Below, piece after piece: positions 1 to 13,665 of a DNA stretch of 64,000 nt. Location of the stretch: the NCBI RefSeq assembly GCF_006345805.1, contig NC_043001.1:8990001-9054000 (forward strand). The letters are read 5' to 3'. The notes below the pieces were generated by a model, which saw only the letters and a list, made by a program, of their open reading frames with translations, had not been told where the DNA came from and ran no database searches. A program made the position numbers and the translations under genes. Origin of the DNA: Octopus sinensis. Its lineage: Eukaryota. Position 1 is the stretch's first letter. Each line of letters begins with the position of its first letter.

Positions 1-1078
1 CGCATTGTCACTACATGATTGACAGACATTCAATTAAAATTAAAAGATATTGCAAGCTGTATTGTCTACCATTTTGACAAAAATATGTACCCACCGCTTC
101 TGTAACATTTCACCGTTGTCTCTGAGATTTTTCACGTCTGAGTTAATTTCGGTGGCTTTTGAACTCAAATTACGTAGGATCAAACATTTGAGACTGAGCA
201 GAAGAGATAAACCTCCAAGAATATGCTGCTAGTTTCGTATTCAACAGTAAGGGATACAGGAAAACGTTTTTATTAATTTTATTAATTTTGCTGTCTCCCT
301 TGTAGAGTTAAACTCCATTAATATAGTTTTGTTAATGAGAAGGTATTAAATATAAACACAAAATTTATTTTCCCTGCAACTGTCATCTCGGCTGTTACAC
401 TGCTCATCTATATTCGATTTTAGAGAAACATATTGAAACGGAATGTCCAAAAGCAACATTTAAATATGTATTATCCGAGCCTGTTGCCTTTCGTCACAAG
501 ATTTATCGGGTTTTAATCCAAAATTATTGTTCAAGCAGTCTGAAATATACTCCCGATCAATGTAACCCATTTAGCTCAGGACCGGTTTCACGCTGAGGTT
601 GATGTGTTCGTCATTTAGAATAGGCTGACAAAAACTTTATTTTCCTAATATAATAAATGACTCTTCGGTACTTACTTAAGGATTTCCTATTAGCTGATCA
701 TACAACGAACAGCCAAGGGAGTTCCATTGGAGATATCATAATTTGTAAGGCAGATATTTGTAGAGTATTCACTCCAAGTCACGTTAATCGATGCTGCATC
801 ACGTTTGTACAACTTATTTACTTTTTCCTTTCCCTCCTTCAATGACGCCACAGTCTCACGGGAAATAATTTTACATTAATGTTAAAACGAACGTTCATAC
901 ATTGATATACTCATTTTAGACAGTCACACTCCTTGGATTTGTAACTTAGCACTCAGTTTGCCTCAAGATATTTCTGAATTTATTTTTCTCCTTGTGTCTA
1001 TGCGAGTATTTAACTGTCTTAGACTTCTATTTGTCATAATCTGTTCATATACGCTTGCGTATCTATCTAGCTATCGAT

Positions 1079-1080
1079 AT

Positions 1081-1145
<65 letters not shown>
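1079..1145. repeat. (TA)n microsatellite
   Basis: Long TA dinucleotide run; one of many (also about 6750-7060, 26460-26550, 35090-35360, 55950-56280). Confidence 0.95.
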
Positions 1146-1147
<2 letters not shown>

Positions 1148-1220
1148 TATTTCTTTATATAACACACGGCTTCACATCAAGAATCCTGCAAAACAAATAT
1201 ATTATATATATATATATATA

Positions 1221-1334
1221 CCGATACAATAAGTACTAGGCTAAAAATGTACTGGAGGCAATTGTCTAAAATACTGCAGGGCGGTGGCTCTGGATGGTTG
1301 AAATCTAATAGCTGAAAGAGGTTAAAGGCAAAGG

Positions 1335-1338
<4 letters not shown>
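1221..1338 (+). mobile_element. Diverged 3' fragment of SINE group A
   Basis: ccgatacaataagtactaggct...ggcggtggctc...ctgaaag aligns by eye with the 3' half of the group A copy at 19254-19678. Confidence 0.6.
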
Positions 1339-1431
<93 letters not shown>

Positions 1432-1564
1432 TGTTGTATTTAGGAATGGTCATGTTGCCAGTTTAGCCAATAAAATTCCTAAATAAAACATCTGTTTCAA
1501 CACACGGCTTCGCATCAAGAATCTTGCAAAACAAATATATTTTATATATATATATATATATATA

Positions 1565-1760
1565 ATTTAAGGACAGAGGTAAAAGGAAAGCAAAAGACCA
1601 AAACAACAAAACGTGGATGTAGCACAAGCAATATATTAGTCTGACATTCAGACAAGGAAAAGAGTAGTTGTTTTATGTTTTGCGTATAGCTCTGCTTCGG
1701 AGACTAGAAAAGAGGAAATTCCGAACGGAAGAAGGAATAAAGAGAAAAGACACAGGTGAT
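1565..1760 (-). mobile_element. Degenerate PLE-type terminal repeat fragment
   Basis: Layout resembles 42835-43045 and it abuts a TA tract; the HHR-like core is heavily mutated. Confidence 0.35.
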
Positions 1761-2813
1761 TACATTTCTGAAGTGATTGGAAGTAGGAGAAACAGAACGA
1801 GCTTTCTCAGAGACGAGACATGCATAAATATTAAAGGAAATAGAAAAATGCATTTGACACATTCGAAATTTATTTACATTATAATATGAGAAATTATACT
1901 ATAAAATGTTAAAATATCGTAAAATATAATAAATAATTAGAACACACACACGCACACACATATATATATTTCCTAAAATTTGTGAGTCTATTTTACGATT
2001 AAGCACTCCTTGCATGAAATTTTTCTCTTTTGTTGTAAACAAATATTACCCTGAGGAAACTCACATGCATAAACTCACTAGTGGATATGAGTGGAAAAAA
2101 TTGCACGATATAAATTTGTTTTAAGTATTTCTTATATGATATTATATTATATTGTATTATATGTTTTTTTATAGTATAACTACATTGTGCTTTAATGTAA
2201 ATATATATTTTAATATGTCAATTGTATTTCTCTATTTCCTTCAATATTTATATATTTAAATTACATCAATTTAACTTCGAATATTTTCTCTACTATATTG
2301 TGGAATCTAACTGAAGAACCAGTAAAAATTGGATGTTTTACATCTCTTTGAAGGAAAATAATTTTTTTTTTACTTTAGATTGATTAAATATATATATATA
2401 TATATATATGCATGCATATATGCATATTTATGCATGTATGTATTACCGTATGGGTGTTTTCAAATTTTATTTTTAAATTCAAGACCAACTTTTTACTCAC
2501 CAATAAATAGATAGTGCTGTGTCTATATGCTTCTATTTATGTATAACCTTATGACTGAATGTCATTTCATTTGTTCTCTTTTACTTCATCATTAAGGATG
2601 CAGTTTTATACCACTGCATACGGATATTCTAAAAGCTAAGCGATTACATTGTGTTTCACGTTTATTTATTTGTATGGTGGCATTAACTATAATTTCCAAT
2701 GAAATGATCTCCTTTAAATTATAAAAGTTTGCTTCGCAAGTATATGCTGGGCCAGTTTGTTACAACATCAAATGCCTTAAAATCGGAGTCATATATATAA
2801 TATACTAATGTAC

Positions 2814-3619
2814 TCTTTTCTACTGTAGACAAAAGGCCCGAACTTTGAGGGGAAGGACATAGTCGATTAGATCAACTCCATTTCGCAACTGGTGCATTAT
2901 TTCTATAACTGATACTTAATTTAAGGATGAGAAGCAAAGTCGGCCACGGCGGAATTTGCATTCAGAATGTAAAGACAGACGAAATACTTATTTCTTTATT
3001 ACCCAAAAGGGGCTAAACACAGAGAGGACAAACAAGGACAGACATAGGTATTAAGTCGATTACATCGACCCCAGTGCGTAATTGGTACTTAATTTATCGA
3101 CCCCGAAAGGATGAAAAGCAAAGTCGACCTCGGCGGAATTTGAACTCACAACGTAACGCAGACGAAATACCGCTAAGCATTTCGCCCGGTGTGCTAACAT
3201 TTCTTATTTTTTATTGCCCACAAGGGGCTAAACATAGAGGGGACAAATAAAAATAGACAAAGGGATTAAGTTGATTACATCGACCCCGGTGGGTAACTGG
3301 TACTTAATTTATCGACCCCGAAAGGATGAAAGGCAAAGTCGACCTCGGCGGAATTTGAACTCAGAACGTAACAGCACACGAAATACCTATTTCTTTACTA
3401 CCCACAAGGTGCTAAATACAGAGGGGACGAACAAGGACAGACAAACGGATTAAGTCGATTACATCGACCCCAGTGCGTAACTGGTACTTAATTTATCGAC
3501 CCCGAAAGGATGAAAGGCAAAGTCGACCCCGGCAGAATTTGAACCCAGAACGTAACGACAGACGAAATACGGCTACGCATTTCGCCTTGCGTGCTAACGT
3601 TTTTGCCAGCTCGCCGCCT
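2814..3619 (-). mobile_element. Four-unit head-to-tail array of SINE group B (tRNA-derived)
   Basis: Repeated unit atcgaccccagtgcgtaactggtacttaatttatcgaccccgaaaggatgaaaggcaaagtcgacc. One complete head at 3619 with A-box and B-box-like motifs (tggcaaaaacgttag, gttcaaattc on the - strand). Flanking direct repeat 2798-2813 / 3620-3635 (14/16). Confidence 0.92.
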
Positions 3620-5620
3620 TAATATATTATTGTACCTAAGTAGTATGTATCAATTTCCCTTTATAACACCATAAATATTCACTTATTCTGTTTCTCTTAA
3701 TACTGTGATAACGTCACTATTTTGATTGATTTTTGCAAATGAGAAAACCTCCCCTCCTTGATCCTAATACCATATCCCCTTGCTTTGCCAATATTTTACA
3801 GAGATTTTGATCGGTGTATATCATTATCATTCTTTCAAATTTCTGGTGGGTTTTCGTTCTCGAACCTTGTAGGTTTCTAGATTTGGATCTTCGGTTGTAT
3901 TTTTTTCTATGAATGCGTTTAGGGTTACACCTAGGTAGATTGCATTACCGAAAACCTGTTTATGTTGTAGAAACATCTTCGGTGTTAAATACACCTGTAG
4001 CATCTCTAGTCACATCTCGGTGTTTTACCTGTATCACTGCATGCTTTTGGACATCAGATACTTTGTCTTCATTTCTTGGCCCTTTGTTGCGAATCAATAC
4101 CTTTCAAAGTAAGAGCTAATATAATGGCCTGTTGGCTAGAGATGATGACTCTGCTTATCTATCTCACTGTAATCTCAAGTTTTCTAACATCATAAAACAT
4201 TTATGACACTCTGTTGATATTTATGACTTTCTCTGATGTTGCCGTACAGCATTCTTACCTCAATGTGTATATTTATTCAGCTGTCAGGTATACAAACCCT
4301 TTGAAGCTAAATGTGACGTAAGCATCATCGGTCAAGGAATATTTTCCAGAAAGCTCTTTTCCAACCTTATGATTCTATTTGTCTAATATAATGTGAGTTG
4401 ATCAATGGATGTACTTCGACGCTTGGTAGCGAGTAGATTATGTTGAAGGGATAAAATGCGACATGGAAAAGCTGCTTGAATCGATTTTCCTTGTTTCGTT
4501 TTAGGTAACGAAGGTTAATATCTCTATTGATGTGAACATTTCTAGTGTGCTTAATAGCGTTTGGATCCCGGATCACAAATATCGTGTAATCAAACAGTTC
4601 ATACGTCAGAATGCGCGTGTATGAAAGTATATATATGTATGTATACATGTATATATATATATGCATGTATATATGTATGTATGCTATAAATGTCTATTAT
4701 TTTATTACCACTGCTATGCATCACGTGCAGTAAAATGCTGGTCATTCTATCAGCATAGCATGATATCACAGTGACTAATTCATTAGCGACTGTACACTAA
4801 CATTGATATATTAACAGCGAGAGGCTAGAATACCTGTGTTTCGATTCCTGTTTGCCAGTGAAAGTATTAATAAATCTATGCCCGTCTAACAAGTATATAA
4901 TATAGTCCTAATTACTATATAAACTTGTAATAAAATTACGAATCAAAGTATAGAATTATGAATGACGTGAAATTAAAAGTGACGTCAAAATCAATGACGA
5001 CTACTGAATGTTGCTCGTAATATTTGTTATAAAACAAAGTTACAAAACAGACGTATCTAATCCGGGTATTTATGAACTTGATGTATAAATGCTTGTGAAA
5101 TTCTAGCGTTAAAATACTTGCCCGGCTTCAAATATCCAGCGATTCTAACTTTTGCTACTTAGTTCTAGGTATTTTATCTACAACACAACAACCCGACCGT
5201 CACTAGGAAAAAGAGCGATATAACAATTAACATCTAGCAATATGTCTTGTCATACAGGGGCTCCGAGGCATTGAGTCTTTTGGCTAAATTGCTTGAAATT
5301 GGTGATATACGGTAACTACACAGTAGAAGTGCTGTTTGAAGTTAACATGCATTTAATGTCTTAGAAAATGTCTTTAGAGATTTTTCGCCAATAATATGTT
5401 TTACTTGCAATCTAAATTGAATACATTTAATCACATTGTAATGCCGAATGGATGTTTGTCCATGAATATCTTTTATAACGAAATTTATTTGAGAATATTT
5501 TGATACCGAAACGTTATTAAGCATGTCTTATCTTAGGGAGTGCAATTAACTTAATACATATCAAACTTTTAGAACAAGAACATTAAAGATTCACGCTCGT
5601 ATATATATATATAATATATA

Positions 5621-5880
5621 ATGAAATTATTGTATACAGTGCTCAGGTGCACCACAACTTGTCAAAAGTGCGTATAAAGCATATGCAGTAATGTACAAAT
5701 GTCTGGAAAGCGATACATGTTTGTGTGTGTATGGAGGGGAGAAAATTAGGTGTAGTGTTAGCGAATCTCAGGAAGCATGGAAGTTTTGAAGGATGCAGTA
5801 CTCTGACAACTAACATCTGATGCCGGCAGTTTTTCCATGCTTCGGCAACTCTTAGCGGGAAAAAATATTTCAGAAAGTCT
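5621..5880 (-). mobile_element. CR1/L2-like LINE 3' end
   Basis: - strand reads KYFFPLRVAEAW/KLPASDVSCQSTASFKTSM (one frameshift), matching the FFxxRVxxxWNxLP...FK C-terminal motif of CR1/L2-type ORF2. Confidence 0.75.
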
Positions 5881-6764
5881 TCTAATGAAATAGTATGTAA
5901 TTAAATAATAAAACAAGTCCATTATTTTAGAACACATTCAAGAGAAAATTCAAAGCTTTTACAGCTAGCGTGACTCGATACTGAGAGTAGAATTCCATTT
6001 ATTGTGAAAATAGTTCGAGTTGGACATCACAGTTGATGAGATATCTTTTTTTAGGGTCATCTTATCTTATCTTTCATCGTTTCCGATTTTTTTCTGCAGA
6101 TGTGTGAGAGGACAGGAAAGCGGGTAAGAAAGAAACCCAGCAAGCAAGTTAAATAGTTCGTTTACATTTGTGGAAGTGAATTTATGAACGAGTAAGACCA
6201 TTTGATAACCTCAGTAAGTCCGTGCAGATGTTCAAATTGTTCAGGAGGTTCCTTGCATGAATTGCTTTTGTGTAGATAAATTGTTGCAGATCAGTCTAAC
6301 TATTTTCCAACGCAATAAGCTATAAGACCAGAGGCACAACAGAGGTTGAGACATGCAAAAACTAATTCCGCTTCAAGTATTTTATGCGAGTTCACTTTAT
6401 CCTGGAACGAAGTTCTAACGGAAACTAGCTTCCTTCCATTAGTGCACATGCTATATCACCCATAACCGGGATTCTAACAGATATTACTACTGTTGGTCAG
6501 AGGAGATCTGGGAATAGCTAAGAGGTGGTTCCACACAGACACTGAAACTATGAACTTTTTGACCCAGGGCCCCACAACCGGATGTAGATTATAATGGGGA
6601 ACAAATCTGGCAATGATTTATACCATGAAATACTAATTAGTTCACACTTAAATGTCACTTATCTATTGACATATTTTACAAGGATCTCAAAATTTACTCC
6701 ACCAATCTCTTTGTATCTCGGTCTGGTACTCTGTACACGGTTCCCATAATATATACATATATAC

Positions 6765-6876
<112 letters not shown>

Positions 6877-6877
6877 T

Positions 6878-6926
<49 letters not shown>

Positions 6927-8519
6927 TATATATATATATATATATATACATATATATATAATGTATATATATATGTATATGTATATATGTATATATATAT
7001 ATATGTGTGTGTGTGTATATATATATATATACATACATACATACATACATACATATATCATTGAACACATTGTAACAAAAACAATAACGAACTAGTTGGT
7101 AACGCATTAAATCCTGAATTTATATAGAGTTCCTCAACAATTGAATCTGGCTGCAGTACACGCTGAGTATTTGCGCATATGTGTTTATCATTTCCTCGTG
7201 TATTTGTCTACATTTATCGTATGTGTATATATATATATTAACGAAACAGTGGATTTCAAAAGCTAAATTTTGTATATCATATGAATATCACAGAGCGAAG
7301 TAATTTCGTATTCCGATCAATAGCAATAAACAAAATTTGGTTCCCTAGAACCGCATCAGTCTGCAACTTATCCTTTAATACTTCTAGTTTCCCATCTCAA
7401 ACAATTGAAAACGGACATTAATCACTCTAGCCGTATCCAGCAAACCAGAAACTCCAGTGCATCAGAGTCGTCGATGGCCATGGAATTACCATATATAAAA
7501 AGAGCTGATGCTTTGACGTGATATTAAACTAAAGAATTATCTCAGTGGAATTCAACATCTGAAGTAATTAATTTGCATTTATCGAGTGAAAATTCGAAAT
7601 CTTTATTCCCTTGTATTGAAGTGTGGCTTGTCTCGTAGCAAGATGTTAAGTAGTTGATGAATCATCTTAAACCTAATCATATACGATACCCAAGTTCACT
7701 GTGGGCCACTGGGAATCTTGAAACAGTGATTATTCGCATAATGCAGGCGATTTTGTATAATCGATTTGCATATTAAATGGAAGAATTCTAATAGGTTACA
7801 ACAAAGATATGGTTGTATTAGGGATGTCACGTAAATAGGACATTCGAATGAATTAATATAGAACGAGTCTGATTTTCTTTGGATGACGAAATGCTTATGT
7901 TTTATGTATTGTGATGCAAATCCACCTACAAATCATTTCTTTTATATTGGATGGGTTTTGTGACGTCTGTTCTGAGCGAATGGTGTCGTATTGAGATTCC
8001 GTTTAGACACCCTTTCAAGTCACTCTATTTTTGCTTCTAATGAAACGAAAAAGTCTGAGAAGAAGCGAACGTTACGATACCCTATTTACTGTTGCCTTGT
8101 AATAAAATAATTCATTGCATAACTCAAACGATGAATATTATTAGTTGATTATTTCACTGTCTGTTTAAATATGCATGTAACGATTATCAGTTCATGCATG
8201 GATGTAGTACAGACTTTTGCAATTACCGGCGGGGAAGGATGAGGTAGAAATTAGTTCATCAGATCTGCTATAAATGCTTATTTGCATGTGGTGCTGTCCT
8301 GATCTTTGTTTAACTATTCAAAAGTTTATATTAGAAAACCAATTACACAGTTCGTCGTATTACTGTTAGATATCGAACTAACATTAGTCTGTCTTCGTGG
8401 TTGATCGATCTATTACATGCAACATCCAAATCTATCTCAAATAACTGCCTACAGTTTTTAAGGAGGGAAGAATGCATTATTGTATGTGATGTATGGTAAT
8501 GAAAAAAGGGACGCGATGA

Positions 8520-10830
8520 TAAGAACAAGGATGCCTTTGATCATAGGTCAGCTCGACCAGACTAACCTGGGGTTAAACAAGAAAAAACAATTGTTAGCAT
8601 TATTTTTCAGATCAAGTGTATTTCTGAATAGAAAGACTTCAACTACAGGAAACATCGTTTTAATAGCAATTAAAGTAAAAATTAATTAAAAGGATCAATA
8701 CTTTCTGAAGTGTTGAAAATTTTTTGACAAAAGGTTAAAATTCACTTCTGGCAGCAGACAAGTATTATGCTTTTCCCCAACTTTATTGATTTTCTACACC
8801 GACACAACGGAAGATTTTTAGTAATGGGGTTAATTATGTCAGGATGTAGTTGGTGGCAAACCTCGTCGTGTTCAATCAGTTTGTTAGAAATAACAGTGAA
8901 CTATCCCTCAAATCACACTCTGTTATTTCGTGCAAAGAAATAATTTGAATAATCTCGGCTTTAATAAGATATGAAGAGTAGTTTAAAAGTAAAATAGAAA
9001 TGAATGTAGCAGAAACGGCGAATAAAACCGAAGAATTCATATGGCGTATAAAGAGATAGAGAAAGAATCGCTAACGTACGAGAATGTTTACAATTTTTCC
9101 AACAAAATACACAATTTGTTTTTGGAGGACTTCATGGAATTTTACTGCTGAAGCAATCATTTCCTTTTTTTCCAGTTCAAAATGTCTGACATTCACAGCT
9201 TACAAATAATTGATAAGAAGTTTACCGACGTAGATCAGCAAGGAAACATGAATAAGAACCGACGCGATGCCGTCACTTGTTAGTTCGATCTGCTAGAAAT
9301 AAGAACCAAATTTCCTTCAAACTATAACCTTACAAAACAAATGATAACTAAATCTTAATTGTATAAAATAGAATATTATACACGACGTTTAAATATTGGG
9401 TTGTACGGAAAGTTTGTACCGATTTTTAAAGGAAAGAAAAAAAAGGTCAATAAATAATTGCCATTATATTTTTAATCAACAAAATATGAAGCATTTTGTT
9501 GCACAATGCGTCTCCATTTTTACTTTAACATGAAAATACCCTCTTCCCAGAATTGAGGTGGTTTCATGGCAAAGAATTCATCAAGGTATCTTTTTATGTC
9601 ATCCAAGAATTGAAATTTCTACCATTAAGACAATTCTTCCGAGACCTGAATAAGTGGAAATCCGAAGGAGCAATATCTGGTGAATATAGAGGGTGGGGTA
9701 ACACATCCCAGCTGAGCTGCAGCAATTTTTGTCTCGTTGCCAAAGCATCAAGTGCCGAAAACGAACTTTCTTATCATCCATTATAAAGGTTTACAGAATT
9801 AACACAGAACATAAACCTTCTTCCACGAAAAGATAGCTTGAACTCTGCTCTAAATGGAAGTGTAGTCAAATCCTATTTTATGGTCTCAACCATGTTCTAA
9901 AATAAGTGGAAAGGTAAGCTACTACAAATCGGCACGAACTTTCCGGACAACACTATAGATACAAAAATGATCGTGTGTTGAAATTCTTGTAAAGAAAACT
10001 TGACGCAGGGCTAACAACAATAACAATTTCAATAATTTAAAGCAATGAAACTTTAATGTTTTCTGGTGTTAAACATGATAGTGTCACGTCATCAAGCTTA
10101 TATTCCGCATTCATAATTCATATCGTCTCATTTAATTTCCAGTTTACTTTTCTTTCACTCTCCTGTGTTTACTACGATGTGATAACACAAGGAATATATT
10201 TATATTACATCTAGCCATAAAACTGTAAACCCTCTCACACTAAACAAACCAAATCTGTTCTACTTACTCTTCCGATCGTTAAACAGGAAGTAAATTTCTG
10301 AAACAAAAAAACGTCGAATGGGAAGGTTTATACGTGGTCGCTCCGCGTGCTTGAAATAAAAGATAAATAACTTTAAAAAGTTTTTGTCACAAAAGACGAA
10401 GGACGCTACCTCAAGAGAAATTCAGATGTTGTAGTATGACTACATACTCAGGTAAGATATTCTATAAACAGAAGGAAAGTAAATAATTTCTTAATGATTA
10501 TTTACGAGACAAATTTTACAGATATACGGAGACACTGAGTTGTGTTTCATTCTATTCTTAATGTGAACGACGAATAGGAAATATCTTCTACAAAACAATA
10601 ATGAAAGTGGGTTGCATGCAGCTCTTTAACATCAAGTCATCCTTACTGAAATGGTATATGGTGTGAGTCACTCCAACCGTGGCTCTCAAATCTTTTTCAT
10701 GAATAATCTGTCTCAGACCTAAATATCTAATGTATCTCTTTCTGTGATATTAAGGTGTAATTTCAGAAAGATTTAGTTGTTATTTCTAGCCGGTTGAGTC
10801 ACCATGTACTATGTTTCCCCCGCTTCATGT
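8520..10830. repeat. Scattered fragments of an old interspersed repeat family
   Basis: Recurrent degenerate motif gctagaaatarcarccaaat..cctcaaatcacac at about 8880-8920, 9290-9330, 10350 and inverted at 10755-10795. Confidence 0.45.
9396..9955 (-). mobile_element. Internally deleted mariner transposon
   Basis: Imperfect TIRs ttgggttgtacggaaagtttgtaccgattt / aaatcggcacgaactttccggacaacacta with TA flanks. - strand encodes WDVLPHPLYSPDIAPSDFHLFRS (mariner YSPDLAPSD motif). Confidence 0.92.
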
Positions 10831-12342
10831 TTTGTTAACAGGAGCGATACTTTCTATTGTATAACGGTGGTTATAGGAAGAGTAAACAGAAGGCAATTGA
10901 CGAGTTTAAGACATGAGTAGCTACAGATTCACAGCTAGACATAGGAATGGCGTACTTTCAGCATGTCTCCACAATGAAGTTAAGTTTAAATGAGAGAAAA
11001 AGCGAGATAGAAAGTGGAGAAATAGATGAGACGATATGAATTATAAGGGAAATAGTTAAATCTGATGTTGTGCACCAAAGAATCATGTATTAAAACAGAA
11101 AACGTTATGTAACGTATGTTTAGATTATAGGGACTGCTGTACTCTAAGTTGCAGGTAAAAATGTATGTTATATCCCTATATCCCGATACTGGAATAAATA
11201 TTAATGATTACCAATAAAAAATGCCTGCATTATATCGATCTTTTGCTAAGGGACAATGTTGGAAATATTGATTTAATAAATATCAGCGATATATGTTTTC
11301 GTATTCACTTGATCTTTACAGTAACCCAAAAGCTGAATCACATCGATGACTTTCTATTAAAGGATTTTTTTCCCTTTCAAACCGAAAATTCTGTAATTCT
11401 TAATGTATCCCTGGCAAGGATATTTTTCGTAGTACTATCTGAATCAATTCACATGGTTATAATAAGTAACGTGTCACTAGTATATCACAATGTATTCCAG
11501 TTTCAAATGAATATACGGGACAAGGTTATAACCATTTCCTTTCTGTTGCCAATCCACCAAACAGTGACATGAGCGATGCAGTTCCATATTTGTTTTCTGT
11601 TAGTTTTTATTTTTTCCTTTGTGTTGTTTTGTTGGGTTTTTTTCCCTTAAAATTCGTTATATTTTATTCTCACTTAAGGAATGCATTTGGAAAGTTATTC
11701 AGAAATTCCGAAAGATTTTAAAAAGATAGTTACGAAAATTTAATTTTAGAATAGAACCATATTGTTAGAGGGAGAAAATGATGTCTTCTAAAAGTTCTTC
11801 CTTTTGGCGCAAGGTCAAGTAGAAGATGACAAGACTACCTGGAGATTCTACTCATTGAGATTATACGCCATCATAGCACCGAACGCAAATGTATATTTAC
11901 TGTAATATAGTCTAAGAACAGTTCTGATTCCTTAGACATATCTCAGATCAAAGTCTACTCCAGTTTCGACTATATCGTGTTTTATTAAACAAGACCATAC
12001 ACCCACAACAGATTGATCACTAAAAGTGTGTTGGTGAAGGGTGTTCAGCAAATACCTCTTGAAAATTAGACAACAATGTAAGAGCTCCTCCCTTTAGGTT
12101 GTACTTGGACGTTTTGCGGTATAGACTCTTTTTACAGCTAAATTGGTTCGATCATTGAGAATTAATTATACAGATTACGATACATTGATAAAATTCAGCA
12201 TCAAATTTACCCCAGTCACCATACAAAACAAAAACGCCTCCGTTTGAATCGTTCTACAACAGGCAAGTAATTTAGTCAACTAAAACTAACGAAACAAAAA
12301 AAGGAACAACGAAAATCAAATCTAATTCTGGGTATTTGCGAT

Positions 12343-12955
12343 ACCCAGTGTGGTCCAAATGTCACAGAGGGAATGAAATACTTAATAACTATTTTTGTTA
12401 AATTGTTTTCTTTTATTTTTTACACATTTTATAAAGTAGATGTAGGAGATTAAACATGGGAATGTTCACGAGCGGACAACGAACAAAAATTGAGAAATTT
12501 TGTTATCAAAACCAAGAATCAAAATTCTAACTCAAAAAGCATATTGTCAACATTATGGCGAGAGGGATTTCAGGTTCGTAAAGTCCTCGAACAATTCAAA
12601 GAGAATTACATCCACTTCCAAGTACGATTTGGCGTGAGATGATGTCAGAAAATGTGATCGGACTTTATTTTTCGAAGACGACGATGGAAACCTTCTCGCT
12701 GTTACAGAAGATGAATATCGGTGTATGATCGAACATTTCCTACTCCCAACGGTTCGAGATAAACCTGACATGTGGTTCCAACACGACAAGCCAGAGCTCA
12801 CACAATTAGGTCCACACTCCAACTGCTCAGGTATATTCTTGGGGACACAATGATATCCTATGTGTGCGACATATGCTGACCATTGCGTTCTCCAGATATG
12901 ACGGCACCTGGCTACATCCCATGAGCCTACTTGAAGGAAAGCATTTATTATGTTA
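12343..12955 (+). mobile_element. Degraded Tc1/mariner-superfamily transposase remnant
   Basis: Frameshifted peptides FEDDDGNLLAVTEDEYRCMIEHFLLP, MWFQHD..AHT and LRSPDMTAP match the WFQQDGAxAH...RSPDLTP pattern. cagtgtggtccaaa near 12346 is TIR-like. Confidence 0.75.
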
Positions 12956-12974
12956 AACCGAGCTACTGCCATCT

Positions 12975-13390
12975 CTCGCAGACGAAGTACTGGAGAGACG
13001 CATAAAAAGCCCGAAACCATGCTGGTCTGCTGATTCCGTCACTAAAAGCTGGTAGGGGTTCCCTCTCCTGCTCTTAATATTTTGGCTGCAGCTCTGCATG
13101 GTTTACCAGTTTGAGATGTCCTCTTGGGATTAAAAAATTGCAGTAAAGTCCGTTCGAAAGGACAGCAATGTTGAAGTGGCTACAGACATTCCTTTTTGGT
13201 ACAACTCCTGCGTTGATCTCTTAGAGGAATTTTAGAAATAGCATTTTTGCTTGTTGCAAAATTATATATATTGAGAGCAGATGAGGTGTCCAGTACTAAA
13301 GAGGGGAAGAAATAGTCCGAAACCAGGTTGGTCTGCTCGTTCCGTCGCCAGAAGGTAGTAGGGGTTCACTACCCTGCTCGGAATATATCA
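12975..13390 (+). repeat. Two diverged ~110-bp direct repeats with hammerhead-like folds
   Basis: 12978-13080 and 13275-13387 share gcaGAYGA...ccGAAAcca.g.tggTCtgct...ttccgtc...gtaggggttc. Confidence 0.6.
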
Positions 13391-13454
13391 GTTGGCTAAT
13401 CGTTGAGAGGATATCCGTGTTGTCTTCGCGGATGCTTGTGCTCTCTGAGTGCTC

Positions 13455-13516
<62 letters not shown>

Positions 13517-13604
13517 TTGCTTCTTCTTTTTCTTCTTCTTCTTCTTCTTCTTCTTCTTCTTCTTCTTCTTTGTCTTCTTCTTCTTCTTCTTCTTCTTCTT
13601 CTTC

Positions 13605-13661
<57 letters not shown>

Positions 13662-13665
13662 ACTA
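13455..13665. repeat. Compound (TTA)n(TTC)n(TTA)n microsatellite
   Basis: Read directly from the sequence. Confidence 0.95.

Noticed and set aside
2989-3619. Regularly spaced repeats that could suggest a CRISPR array
   Set aside because: Units are about 200 bp, have no unique spacers, and the same sequence is dispersed with TSDs, so it is a SINE in eukaryotic DNA.
3780-4100. - strand AIYLGVTLN, resembling the LINE RT YLGV motif
   Set aside because: Single short motif among stops; not enough to call.
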